Shown here: one piece after another, positions 51,755 to 64,000 of the stretch
Numbering within the stretch: the stretch's first letter is position 1
Layout of the letters: each line of letters starts with the position of its first letter
Source of the DNA: Octopus sinensis
Lineage: Eukaryota
NCBI RefSeq assembly: GCF_006345805.1
Contig: NC_042999.1
Coordinates: forward strand, 156,488,001 to 156,552,000
Length of the DNA stretch: 64,000 nt
Reading direction: 5' to 3'
Made by a program: the position numbers and the translations under genes
The notes under the pieces: generated by a model
Database searches by the model: none
Seen by the model: the letters and a program-made list of their open reading frames with translations, nothing else
What the model was told of the DNA's origin: nothing

Positions 51755-52182
51755 GGATCTTTTCGGATTGAACGGCACTTTTTTTCTAGCGGTGTCATAT
51801 GGAATTGTCACCCATAATTATGACCCTAGAATCGATCTATTGCATTTCAATCTGTTTTAGGATTAGGGTTAGTTAGGGTTAGGGGTGGGGAAGGGTATCT
51901 TTTTTCTTCACAAATGTAAATAAACCCAATCTGTTACTTAAACGAGGGACATATTCATACGGCACAGAATGCTTTTTAACTCAATGGACGTCACTGATTG
52001 GTTGAAATTGCAGAAATTGAAGAAAAAAAACCCCAACAAATGTCTTACAAACTATAGAATTTTCTCTATACAGCCAAGAGAAAAATATGTTTTATAAACA
52101 CATTCTACCAGTATACGAAGTTTAACATTTTTTAGTTACCTAGAAATTATGTTAAAAACTGTCGTTCAAACCGAAAAGATCC
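51755..52182 (-). mobile_element. MITE, Merlin-like, copy 5
   Basis: TIRs; perfect 8-bp TSD GAATTTTC (51747-54 / 52183-90). Confidence 0.92.
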
Positions 52183-52882
52183 GAATTTTCAAATATACAA
52201 ACATACATACATTCTCTCTCTCTCTCTCACACACACACAAATGTATGTCGGATTGTCGGACGACAAACACGCTTCGCTCTGCGAACACATACTGCTTAAT
52301 GCAGTATGTGTTTGTACATTTCCAATAGTGAATGGAGAATTGTGTAACATTAGTGCGGTGACAGTTTTTTTTTATAGTAAATTTATTGTGGTTTGTTACC
52401 ACTCTGGTGCATATTACTTGCATAAATTGTTGCCAAAATTTATTTTGTGGACAAAGACGTTCTGTATCTTATTTGGATAAAAAGGTAAGGAATACCTTTT
52501 AAAATATAAAACTTGATGCCTATAAAAGTTGCACAGATGCAACCTCTACTCTAACCAGTTTGAAGAACCTATAGAAAAATGCTTTTATCTTTGCCCATGT
52601 CATACGTGACACACTTGAGAATAGTTGCCTCCAATACCGACGTGCTGAGTCTATTACCATAGGCAATATTCTAATCAGAAGAGATGTAAATAGAAGCTGT
52701 TAAATTTAACCATAGAATAACAAATAGTATGGGATAGCCACCGTACGAATGAGGTCATAAATCGTGATAAATAGTCCTGCTCGAAAAAGTCAAGCTAACT
52801 TGAGAAAATGAGAAGATCAGTGCTTTTCTGACATCGAAAGAGTTTCTTCTTTTTTTCTTTTTGAAAAGTATCTAAAGATGTA

Positions 52883-53029
52883 GGCGTAGCTGTATGGTGC
52901 GAAGATTACTTCTCAGCCATATGGTTCCGGGTTCAGTCCAAGTGCATGGCACTTTGGGCAAGTGTTCTCTCGGACGAACCGACCATATATATATATATAT
53001 TTATATATATATACACCGACCATATATAT

Positions 53030-53071
<42 letters not shown>

Positions 53072-53285
53072 ATATTATATATATACCGACCATATATATA
53101 TATATGATAATAATAATATTAGGGAGTATATCCAAACTCACAGGGAGAAATTAGATTTAAGACTAAATCTTATATATTATATTAATTATATATTATATTA
53201 ATTATATATTATGTTTTGTTTTTTATGTTTTTGTTTATGTCTATCACTGTTTGAGTTGCCTAATAGTGGTTTTATCTCTAATTTA

Positions 53286-53322
<37 letters not shown>

Positions 53323-53370
53323 CATATATACATACGTACATACATACGTACATACATATATATATATATA

Positions 53371-53420
<50 letters not shown>

Positions 53421-53705
53421 ATATATATCTGTGTGTATGTGTGTGTGCATATTTTTGTGATGTTTGTGTGTTCTTGTGTCTGTATTTGTTTCCCACCACT
53501 GCCTGACAACCGATGTTGGTGTGTTTCCACTCTGCATACAGTATGTTTACGTCCCCGTAATCTAACGGTTTGCCAAAAGAGACCAATAAATACCAGGCTT
53601 AAATGAAATAAATATTTGGGATCGATTCGTTCAACAAAAATTCTTCAAGGCGGAGTCCCAGCACGTCCGCAATCTATAGAAAGAAACAAATAAAAGATAT
53701 TCTGA
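52883..53705 (+). mobile_element. Family B SINE split by (TA)n tracts and a PLE pseudo-LTR-like remnant (about 53119-53290)
   Basis: 5' part 52883-52985 and 3' part about 53440-53705; the middle resembles 2175-2280. Confidence 0.7.
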
Positions 53706-55678
53706 CCGAATAAAACATCCTAAATCAAAATTTCTTATCCCTTTGTCTGTCCTATGTATGATGTGTGATACACAGAACATATTCCCCTGGTATCCTTGCA
53801 TCATATATGAAACACATTCCTAATTATTTTCAACCACCAGAATAACTTGGGACTTATGAAAGGAAAACTTTATATCACTTGAAACTAAAAGTTTGAAAAC
53901 AAGGATGTGTGTTTAGGACAGAATTATGAAAATTCTTTGGTCAAGCAACGGGTTACAGGAAATTTATTTGAAACTGTCAGGTATAAAAAATAAAGAGAGA
54001 TCAAGCCATTTATTTATTAATAGTGAGTTTCGAATATTTAAGGCGATGCTTAGAATTAGCATTCTTTTGTAGATTATTACCATAAATAATATTCAGCAAA
54101 AATTGAAGGTATATAAAAATAACATTTTATACAACAAAAGTTTTAGAAAGAAAAGTTTAAGCAAATTTGAAATCTGTATAATGCATTATGTATTTCATGC
54201 ATGACTGTGTCATAGTATGGCCACGACCAAGTAAATAGAAGTAGTAAAAGAGTAAAAAGTAACATACATACAAAAGACGAAAACCATAAAAAATTTGTAT
54301 GTGTGTGTATGTATGTGTATATTGAAAGAAGCAAAGGAAAGATAGAAATAACACTTACTGCTTTATCGTGCTGCTCAACGGAAAATGTAGGCATAAATGT
54401 GCAAAATGATTCGTCGCACAGTTGTTATATGTTCGTCGATGCAACGCCCCCGACTCGTACCGTCTCTCATTGTTTTTGCATATTAAATGTTGTCAGTACT
54501 CCTACATTTGTTTACCTTGCAATATCTACAAGTGAATAAATTAAAACCATCAACGCCCACTGCTTGTTTTAACTTCTCAAGTTCCACCCATTCCAAGTTT
54601 AATCTAACCACTGTCAATACACCTACACAGATACATAGAATAAAATTCTTTATGTCTTATTTTCTTTCAGCCATTGATCTATATGAAACCAATTATCAAA
54701 AATGCTATAATACTAGACAGATGTAGAAAGGATGCGAAACAATTAAACTGAAAGAAATGGAAATCGAACAATTTTTATTGAGAAAGAAAGAAACAAAATT
54801 TTAAAATAACTGAAAGTTAAATGCCCACTTTTTATTTGATTCAATTTGATTTCTTAGTTGCAAGTCTTGTAATCTATAATGGAGTTGGTAATACTATTGT
54901 ATTACTGTTATGCTTTACTTACATAAATGAAAGGGAGAATAAAACTGGCTCATTGGTTTACATCTAATTTACAGCCTCTCTCGATAAAGGAACTTTAGAA
55001 ATAAATCATGTTTGCAAGTTATATTCAACTGTGTAACACAAACATAAACAGAAATACACAATCCCACTCACAAATAGGCATACAGATATTGATTACAGTA
55101 ATTTTCATTAGCATCGAAAATTGTTTCATGATCCAACATGGTATATTGATGTTGCTTAACCTGTTTGATGTTCTGAACTGCTATTGCTATTGCTGCTGCA
55201 GGTGCTACTGCTGTTGCACAAAATATAATTGTGTAGGAATGATAGAATTTAGTTTGCTTTTCTTTATTAAAAATCTTCTTAATGCAATTTGTACGCTCAC
55301 CGCTGTTCCTTAATTCTAGCATAAAGTAATATTTGAACAAGCTATATTTCTATTAAAAATAGCATTATACTGAGTTATATAAACTATAATAGTCTTGAAG
55401 GAAAATATCTAAGTTATAGCAAGTAATTAGTTATAAATTGCGTCAGCATAAAAAATACTAGACTTTATAGATGAATGCAAGAAATTTACTCTAATATAAC
55501 CTATTGGGTACAAATGTGCTTGACCAATTCAAAATGAAAGTTCTTGTAAAGTAGAATAATATATGCTAAAAATAATGTTTCTCAAGTCTTTGCAGAAACA
55601 AAGTAATATTCATGCATCTTCAAAATCAACTCATTTTGCAAGAACGCATCTTTAGGCCATTGTTCTAAGTAATATATA

Positions 55679-56277
55679 TTTCTTTATTGCCCACAAGGGG
55701 CTAAACATAGAGGGGACAAACAAGGACAGACAAAGGGTTAAGTCGATTACATGGACCCCAGTGCGAAACTGGTACTTTATTTATCGACCCCGAAAGGATG
55801 AAAGGCAAAGTCGACCTCGGCGGAATTTGACCTCAGAACGTAACGACAGACGAAATACCTGTTTCTTTATTGCCCACAAGGGGCTAAACATAGAGGGGAC
55901 AAACAAGGACAGACAAAGGGTTTAAGTCGATTACATGGACCCCAGTGCGAAACTGGTACTTTATTTATCGACCCCGAAAGGATGAAAGGCAAAGTCGACC
56001 TCGGCGGAATTTGACCTCAGAACGTAACGACAGACGAAATACCTGTTTCTTTATTGCCCACAAGGGACTAAACATAGAGGGGACAAACAAGGACAGACAA
56101 AGGGTTTAAGTCGATTACATGGACACCAGTGCGAAACTGGTACTTTATTTATCGACCCCGAAAGGATGAAAGGCAAAGTCGACATCAGCGGAATTTGAAC
56201 TCAGAACGTAACAACAGACGAAATACTGCTAAGCATTTCGCCCGGTGCGCTAACGTGTCTGCCAGCTCGCCGCCTTT
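55679..56277 (-). mobile_element. Family A SINE trimer (183/184-bp units plus a full unit)
   Basis: Units start at 55679, 55862 and 56046 and share private variants (atggac, gcgaaactgg). Confidence 0.92.
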
Positions 56278-56940
56278 GTTCTGAATAATATAATATAGCT
56301 TCGGTATCCGGGGCGTGTCTGGAGAAGGAATGCACTTTGAGTGAGATGACCCAGTGATATAGTTTCGAATAAGTGTTGGGGCTAATTTCTTTTAAACTAT
56401 ATTCACAGGGAAACAGAAAAAAGTAACAATTTTCTATTACCTTTATAAATCAGCAGCATTGTGCGCATATGACAGATTATTATTTTATAGAATTTTTATA
56501 GAATAATATTGCATATAAAATTATTAAGTTGAAAATATTGATAGATTATAGAAGTGTTACCTAAATGCGCTCGTTCAAGTAATGCAGCCGTCACGGTTCT
56601 TTGCTTTTCTGAAGCTTTACTTAACCTCATAGCTTAGCTCTCCCATCCCTGATCCCAGGCCTGGTTCATGCGACCTCAAGGCTGAGTCATTTCACAAGCA
56701 AACATACCAAACTTGCAATGCAACAACCAAAGGAATGTTATATCTCCCCTTTACAAACTAATAATTTAGGTATCGATTAAATTTCTAAGTTCGCTAGTAT
56801 TGTTTTTTTTCAAAGGTATGTATATATTCTAACCTGTGGTAAGCTACCAGGTTAATCTTTCCGATGGATAGTGTTTGCTAAAATCATCTATAGTCTCGTG
56901 TCTCATTGGAAATATCTTATGGACACTTTTGGGCAGTTAC

Positions 56941-57331
56941 TCTCTTTTACTTGTTTCAGTCATTTGACTGCGGCCATGCTGGAGCACCGCCTTTAGTCGA
57001 GCAACTCGACCCCGGGACTTATTCTTTTGTAAGCTCAGTACTTATTCTATTGGTCTCTTTTGCCGAACCGCTAAGTAACGGGGACATAAACACACCAGCA
57101 TCAGTTGTCAAGCAATGCTAGGGGGACAAACACAGACACACAAACACACACATGCATACATATATATACATATATACGACGGGCTTCTTTCAGTTTCCGT
57201 CTATCAAATCCACTCACAAGGCTTTGGTCAGCCCGAGGCTATAGTAGAAGACACTTGCCCAAGGTGCCACGCAGTGGGACTGAACCCGGAACCATGTGGT
57301 CGGTAAACAAGCTACTTACCACACAGCCACT
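56941..57331 (-). mobile_element. Family B SINE
   Basis: Near co-linear with 30493-30889. Confidence 0.9.
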
Positions 57332-57693
57332 CAGTATCTTATGTGGGTTGTATCTTCTCCACTTGTATGTCATAATCAACATTTTCTTTGCATGTTTTTG
57401 TATGTTTTTATTTAAATATGTATGTATGGTTATATGTATGTTAGAGACGTGTGATGTTGGGGCGGCTTGTAGTATTTTAAGCACTTTGTACTGCATGATG
57501 AGCGCTCGCTGCTCCTCCTGCTGTTGCATGTTTGCTTCTCGTAGTATATAGCCGATCCACGTTATCTCCAAGGTCTACTATTTTGACTGTCCTAGGCTAC
57601 TTGAATGAATTTTGAACCGTCTCCTATCATATATATATATATATATTAAAGTATATTTATTAATTAATTATTTTATTGTTCTAGTTTATTTTT

Positions 57694-57780
57694 AACCTGA
57701 TGAGCGACTATATTTATATCGATGTGATTTCTCTACTACTATAATCATTTCTTAAATATAGCCACGAAACACGTGTCGTT
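57694..57780 (+). ncRNA. Type I hammerhead ribozyme motif with an extended stem II
   Basis: AAC-CTGATGA-GCGACTATATTT...AAATATAGCCAC-GAAA-CACGTG-TC-GTT; palindromic stem III ACACGTGT, GUC triplet; two mismatches in proximal stem II; visible stem I only 3 bp. Confidence 0.75.
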
Positions 57781-58045
57781 TTTCTACATATTATATACGT
57801 TTTTATTATTATTTTTTGCAATTTCCTTAATCTTTGATATTTTATTGTTATTTTAATTTTAATTTTTCTATTATATATAATTTTCTAGATGGTGTAATTT
57901 AATTGTTAATTTTGAATTGATAAAAGGTAGGTTTTTTCAAAATTTTATATATATATATATTATATTGTGTAAAATTTGATATAGTATTTCTAAATTGAAT
58001 TCTTTTGCTTGTAAGTTTGGATTTTATTCTCTCAAATATAATTGT

Positions 58046-58085
<40 letters not shown>

Positions 58086-58196
58086 TTACGACAGCATACA
58101 TAGTACATCTGTTTACACGACAACCCCGTTGTATATAATTTCCGATGAAAGCCCCTTGATTCTAAGTTAGAAACCGATGAGAAATTCAAAAATAAA

Positions 58197-58254
<58 letters not shown>

Positions 58255-59175
58255 TTCTTTTGGTTTATTTTTAATTTCTCATCGGTTTCTAAAAATTCTA
58301 TGAAAATGACCGTTAAACAAAGGGAAATTACTGTGTGATTGACCGCTATTAAGACAAAAGAGCTATTAGAATGACCATTAAGTGAGGGGAGGGAGTAAAT
58401 GTAAGGGAGTAAAAATGTTCATAGTATTCACGTAAGAGCGCATGTCTATACCTACACATGCGCGCCCGCACACCTACGTACACGCGCCTATAAGTATATA
58501 CTCATCCACCCTCACTTGAAACAAGCACATGCTCACCCACACATTCACCAAATATTATATACATACCCGCATACACGCTCGCACACATACACGCGCATGA
58601 ACCTTTTTGAGCGTGTTTTTGTCTCACGTTTCCGATAGGATCTTATCTACTGGAGCTTGTAAAGTTTCCCGACATTAAAAAAAATATTTCTACTTTTTTC
58701 AGAGAGCCTTTCTTTTACAAAATCATATTTTGGTGGTATTTAAGTAGAGTTGTTATCTACAAAGGAGTAGGTAACTTCATGAAAAGCAGCAGCCAGTTGC
58801 CGAATTAGTAAAAGCAACAGCCAGTTGCCGAAAGAGTAAAGTAATGTTATAGTAACAAAAGAAAATACTAGAAATTCTTTGTGCATAGAGCGATCCGTTC
58901 ATCTTTTTAACATTAACTTTTTAATGTTAAACATATATTGAAAAGCATTGATAATAGTCTTGTATAAACTACTATAACTTAGCATTCAGTGCTATATAAT
59001 TTTATTATCCAAAGATTATCTGGATTAGGTTAGCTGCAACTAAATTCTTTCTTAATTGAAAAAAGAAAAAATAGCATATTAGCCTAGGATTTCCCACTGA
59101 TTGCAACCAATCCAATTTGCATGTATTTTCTTTCGGATTAATTTTAAAGTTTCATTGGTTGATCTAGTGATTATA

Positions 59176-60470
59176 TTAGGTTGTCAAGAAAGTTCTTGCG
59201 GTTTTTAATCTTTAAATTCAGATGCACATATCTCGGCTCAAACAAAACTTTATTAATCGAAATAAACACCATCAGAATCAACATTCTTTTGCCAATGTGA
59301 AGCAAGTTTATTTATGCCGGTAGCGTAAAAATCCTGTGTTCTGGTGGCGATGAAGTCGTTGAAGGCGTGTTTGGCATCGTCTTGGTTTTCGAAGCATTTC
59401 TCACGCAGGAAGTTGTCGAGATGCTTGAAAAAGTGGTAGTTAGTAGGCGAGAGGTCTGGTGAGTATGGTGGATGAGGCAAAGTTTCATAGTGCAATTCGT
59501 TCAACTTCTGCAGGGTCAGTTGTGTGACGTGCGGCCGAGCGTTGTCATGGAGAAGAATTGGTCCTTTTCTATTGACCAATGTTGGCTGTTGTTGTCGGAG
59601 TTTCTTATGCATTTCATCCATTTGCTGACAGTACTTCTCCGTCGTAATGGTTTCGCCTGGATACAAAAAGCTGTGATGGATGAGACCGGCTGCAGACCAC
59701 CAAGCAGTCACCATGATCTTCTTTTGTTGCAACTTTGACTTCTGGAAGTGCCGTGGAGCTTCGTCGGCGTCCAACCACTGAGCTGAGCGTCGCCTGTTGT
59801 CGTAAAGAATCCACTTTTCATCGCAAGTCACAATCCGGTGGAGAAACGAGTCGTTCTTGTTGCGCAAAAGAAGGGAAGACGACACTTCAAAACGGCGTTT
59901 TTTTTTCTTTTTGGTTGTCGTTCAATTCAGCGGCACTCATTTCTCATGTATTTTTGCGTTTCCAACCTCTTTCAAGTGGTTGGAAATTGTCGTATACGTT
60001 ACGTCTAATTCAGAAGCAAGCTCTTGAACAGTTGTGCGTGGATTGACTTCCACTAAGGCTCTTAGTTGATCGTTGTCAACATCCGATGGCCGACAACTAC
60101 GCTTATCATCTTCAAGACTCTTGTCACCGCTACGAAATTTCTTGAACCACCATTGTGCTGTACGTTCATTAGTGGTTCCTGGGCCAAACGCATCGTTGAT
60201 ATTGCGAGCTGTTTCAGCAGCTTTTCGGCCTAGCTTGAACTGGAATAAGAAAATTCTACGAATTTGCTTTTTGCCCATGTTGTATTCAACGTTCCGGAAA
60301 AAATGGCCTAATAATTCAAAAAGAAAAAGAGTAACACGATTAGATATAACAAAAAAAAAACGGGATTTAAAATGATATCTAAAGTCAAAGTAATTTAACG
60401 AAATTGATTTGAAAATACATAGTTTAAAACCAAAATTAAAAATTTCGCAAGAACTTTCTTGACAACCTAA
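59176..60470 (-). mobile_element. Full-length (1295 bp) defective mariner element, Hsmar1/cecropia-like
   Basis: TIR TTAGGTTGTCAAGAAAGTTCTTGCG at both ends, with a TA TSD. Confidence 0.95.
59253..60278 (-). pseudogene. Mariner transposase pseudogene
   Basis: ATG at 60278 (MGKKQIRRIF); TGA replaces the W of WVPHEL followed by frameshifts; TCDEKW, HDNARPH and YSPDLSPTNY (third catalytic D is N). Confidence 0.92.
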
Positions 60471-61059
60471 TAACTGGAGACATTGCTTAATATTCCTTAA
60501 TAACAGAAAATGTTTACATTTTTTCATTAAATGATATGATAATAATAATAATAATAATAATGATAACAATAATAATAATAATAGGTGATGCAGCGTGGAG
60601 CATTTATACTTTCCAATTTCTTTCACAAAACTTTCTACAATAGCTGCAAATTTATAAAGATTTCATACTAGATCGAGGAAAACAATTTTCTGAAAATAAA
60701 ATGTCGTTCTTCCTTTGTTGCAGTGTGACAAATATTGATCATTGTATCAAAAGGAGATTTTCTATATTTTATAAATATTAACCATTGCAAAGCTTTTGAA
60801 ACGAAAGAATTTCTTTTTGAATACAATATAGAATAATTTCACTAAATGAAAAACCAATGACATTCGTTCTAATTACAATGGATAACATTAAAATGTACCA
60901 AAAGCTACTGATATTAATTTATTAAATTCTGTTATTCTTAGTAGCCAAAGAAAACTTAAGGCTTATCAAAACTGGAAAAGCAGTAATTCAGGACCACAGT
61001 ACAAAGGTGTGCACATAATACGTATGTATATACGCATACATGTTTGTATGTATGTATGT

Positions 61060-61079
61060 TATATATATATATATATAAT

Positions 61080-61132
<53 letters not shown>

Positions 61133-61185
61133 TAGGCCATTGGTGGTGACATTTCTAAAATGCTCGCTACCCTATATATCTTACG

Positions 61186-61219
<34 letters not shown>

Positions 61220-61259
61220 AACATATTTATGTGTGTGTACATAAATAATATATATGTAT

Positions 61260-61301
<42 letters not shown>

Positions 61302-61900
61302 ACATGCGTGCACATACATATATATGTATACATACATACATATATATATGCATACATACATATATATATATATGTTTACATGCGTGCACATACATACACA
61401 CACACACATAACCACACCAACCCATTCACACACCTTTCAAACTGCTACACACTCACTATTGACCACACCGTTACTCACACATGCAAATACACATACACAC
61501 AATCACACCCACCCACTCAAACACCTTTCACTATTGCTGCTGCCTTATGATACACCTATCAGAGCGGTATATACACGCACACAAACCCTATCACACACAC
61601 ACGCACACACACAGACGACACACACAAACACACAGAGTTACAACCACACAAACGCGCGCTACCACACACACACACACACACAGTTACCTAACCCTAACCA
61701 CACACGCGCGCGCTACCACGCACACACTCACACAGTTATTACCACACGCACACACGCTAATACAAACACACGCAGTCACTGCCTCCCCCCAACACGTAGT
61801 TACTGCCAGACAGACACACAGACACTGCCACGCATATATACGCTACTACACACACATGCGCTATCACATACACTATCATACACACTCACACACACGCACA
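61060..61900. repeat. (TA)n and degenerate (CA)n low-complexity tract
   Basis: Direct inspection; the source of the HT-rich ORFs. Confidence 0.9.
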
Positions 61901-62287
61901 CATACCGAACATCTTCCCACTCTCCTGTCCTAGTAACCACTTTCTCTTTCTCCTTCCAGCCATTTCTGAAATGTAATCACACGTGGACTGTTGGCAATTT
62001 TTCCTTATTTACCATCTTTTTCTTTGGACTTATCTGTTTCCAACGAAGAGCTGTGCTCGAAACGTTATCAACAACTCTCGCCCTTCACCGAGCGTCTAAT
62101 TAATGCATTTCTTGCGCACGCCCTCACGTTCCTTTCCGTTTTTTTTATTGTTGGTTTATTTGAATTTATATATTCATCCTACACACAGAGAGAAACATAA
62201 ATTTTACATAATGCTTATATATATGCATATATTTATGTACAACACATGTATATATTTAAATAGTTATATATGTATATATATATTATA

Positions 62288-62339
<52 letters not shown>

Positions 62340-62356
62340 CACATATATATACACAT

Positions 62357-62417
<61 letters not shown>

Positions 62418-62633
62418 TACATATTAAATAATAAAGGTAGAAATTGATATTAATCAATTAACATCAGTGGCTCAGTATATTTAAAAATTCCGAAGATTAA
62501 AAATTGTGTAACATACAAAATTTAGAGGACTGACTACTAAAGTGGACAGCCTATTTGCTAAAAATCTCAGCAAAAAATCAAAATGTAAAAATAAGCAAGA
62601 CAAATGAAAATATACGAAATAAAAAACGATTAC

Positions 62634-62707
62634 CTATGTACCATTGGTTTCACTTGTTAATATTTACGTATATGAACACGCAAATATCTGCAAGATCGTC
62701 AGCATAG
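62634..62707 (-). ncRNA. Type I hammerhead ribozyme, tandem copy 1
   Basis: Minus strand: CTATG-CTGACGA-T-CTTG..ATATTTGCGT-loop-ACGTAAATAT..CAAG-T-GAAA-CCAATGG-TA-CATAG; stem I 5 bp, GUA triplet. Confidence 0.85.
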
Positions 62708-63165
62708 TCTGTCGTTTACAAAACATAATTTCCAGAACTAAATACAGAACGCTCAACCGAAATCCAGTTTGTATAAAAGTTCTACAAATTATATTTAGGT
62801 GTATCTTTCAAATGCCTTCACTCTGGTGCGCTGAGATCGGAAATTACTCTGCAGTTAATAAATTCCAGCAGCACATTTTCACCGGTTAGAGAACATATTT
62901 TATTTAAAATTAAATAATAAGGGTAGAAATTGATATTAATCAATTAAAACGAGTGGGTTAGCATATCTAAAAAATCCGAAGATTAAGAATTGTGTTACAC
63001 ACTAAATTTAGAGGACTGACCACTAAAGTGGATAGCCTATATGCTAAATATAGACGTCAAATCGCCATTACCACGAATAATATGTTCTCACGAAAAATCT
63101 CAGCAAAAATCAAAATGTAAAAATAAGCAAGACAAATGAAAATATACGAAATAAAAAACGATTAC

Positions 63166-63239
63166 CTATGTACCATTGGTTTCACTTGTTAATATTTACG
63201 TATATGAACACGCAAATATCTGCAAGATCGTCAGCATAG
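63166..63239 (-). ncRNA. Type I hammerhead ribozyme, tandem copy 2 (identical, offset +532)
   Basis: 74 of 74 nt identical to 62634-62707. Confidence 0.85.
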
Positions 63240-63494
63240 TCTGTCGTATTATTTAATTTTAAATAAAAAATGTTCTCTAACCGGTAAATTGGTTGCTGGA
63301 ATTTATTAACTGCAGAATAATTTCCAATCTTAGCAATGCCGATAACAGTAATGACGATAATAATAATAATAATGGTAACTCGGCGTTGATATTGATACTA
63401 GAAATGACGGCAATAATAACAGCAGTATCACGAACGATTCACCTAATACTCCCCTAACCACTACCAGCACTAACTCGTATCTCTGGTTTAAATA

Positions 63495-63770
63495 TAAAGC
63501 GAATAGCAATTCCACATCACTAGCCAGCCACGCACACCATCTAATTAATAGAAAATACAATATAGATTTTCCTGGGCTATAATAGACTCTGGTATCCCAT
63601 GTCTGGGACAGCATTCCGTTTGTGGACTCTGCTTAAAAGAATCCCTCAAAATTTTAACCGATAACTCACCACACTAGCTTAATAAACACAACGAGGCCTT
63701 CACAACGTGTAAGCACAAATTTTTCTGTACTTTTAAATTCTTTCATAAATCTAAATGTAAGCTCACCCCA
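63495..63770 (+). mobile_element. Neptune-type PLE GIY-YIG endonuclease C-terminal relic
   Basis: TSLASHAHHL...SWAIIDSGIPCLGQHSVCGLCLKESLKIL...LNKHNEAFTTCKH parallels the 714-1229 protein end; frameshift and stop present. Confidence 0.8.
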
Positions 63771-64000
63771 CCCCACGAATAACACCCACATACAACCCTC
63801 TATGATCATTAACGCATCCCCCTCTATATCTCTTCTATCAGCCTTACCTCATTACTTTATAAGATAAATATTAATTCCTTAATTTATTTTTAAACCTTAA
63901 CCTGATAAATCCCCTAATATTTAATTCTAACCCCTAAATAATTCAACATTCAACTAGTTTCTCCAGTCACTACTACCTACACACCCATAATCCTAATGCT

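Larger units (their letters stand above)
62423..63333 (-). mobile_element. Tandem PLE pseudo-LTRs (direct repeats 62423-62715 / 62909-63247) with an enclosing inverted repeat (62839-62919 / 63247-63325)
   Basis: Direct sequence comparison; the second copy has a 46-bp extra segment; each copy carries an HHR. Confidence 0.8.

Noticed and set aside
58137-58186. HHR-like AATTT-CCGATGA...GAAA-CCGATGA-GAAATT
   Set aside because: Core, stem II, stem III and cleavage triplet are all disrupted; at best a dead relic, partly mirrored at about 58252-58290.
58782-58837. 28-bp tandem duplication (two copies)
   Set aside because: Too short and without context to assign any function.
62036-62066. HHR-like CCAACGA-A-GAGC-TGT-GCTC-GAAA-CGTT
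   Set aside because: Two core substitutions and no convincing stem I.

Overview
AT-rich, repeat-dense animal genomic DNA, inferred to be an octopod cephalopod from the luqin precursor and the SINE/MITE families. Two host genes can be built from the sequence. (1) The last four coding exons of a cytosolic sulfotransferase-family gene (+, 4412-10114), with an intact ORF and canonical splice sites but several altered PAPS-binding motifs. (2) A luqin neuropeptide precursor (-, exons 41750-41906, 40083-40197 and probably 39759-39771; about 94 aa; mature SPAQKWRPQGRFamide plus a C-x10-C tail). The rest is mostly transposon-derived: Penelope-like elements (PLEs) and their pseudo-LTRs, three tRNA-derived SINE families, RTE, L1/Tx1 and R4/Dong LINE relics, three mariner elements, two non-autonomous Helitrons, five Merlin-like MITEs with internal telomeric repeats, and long microsatellites. 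The most interesting non-coding signals are several type I hammerhead ribozyme (HHR) motifs, including an identical tandem pair 532 nt apart, and a recurrent precise tail-to-loop junction in SINE multimers. No CRISPR array, rRNA or true tRNA gene was seen. All calls are by eye; no searches or folding programs were run, and transposon boundaries marked approximate may be off by tens of bases.
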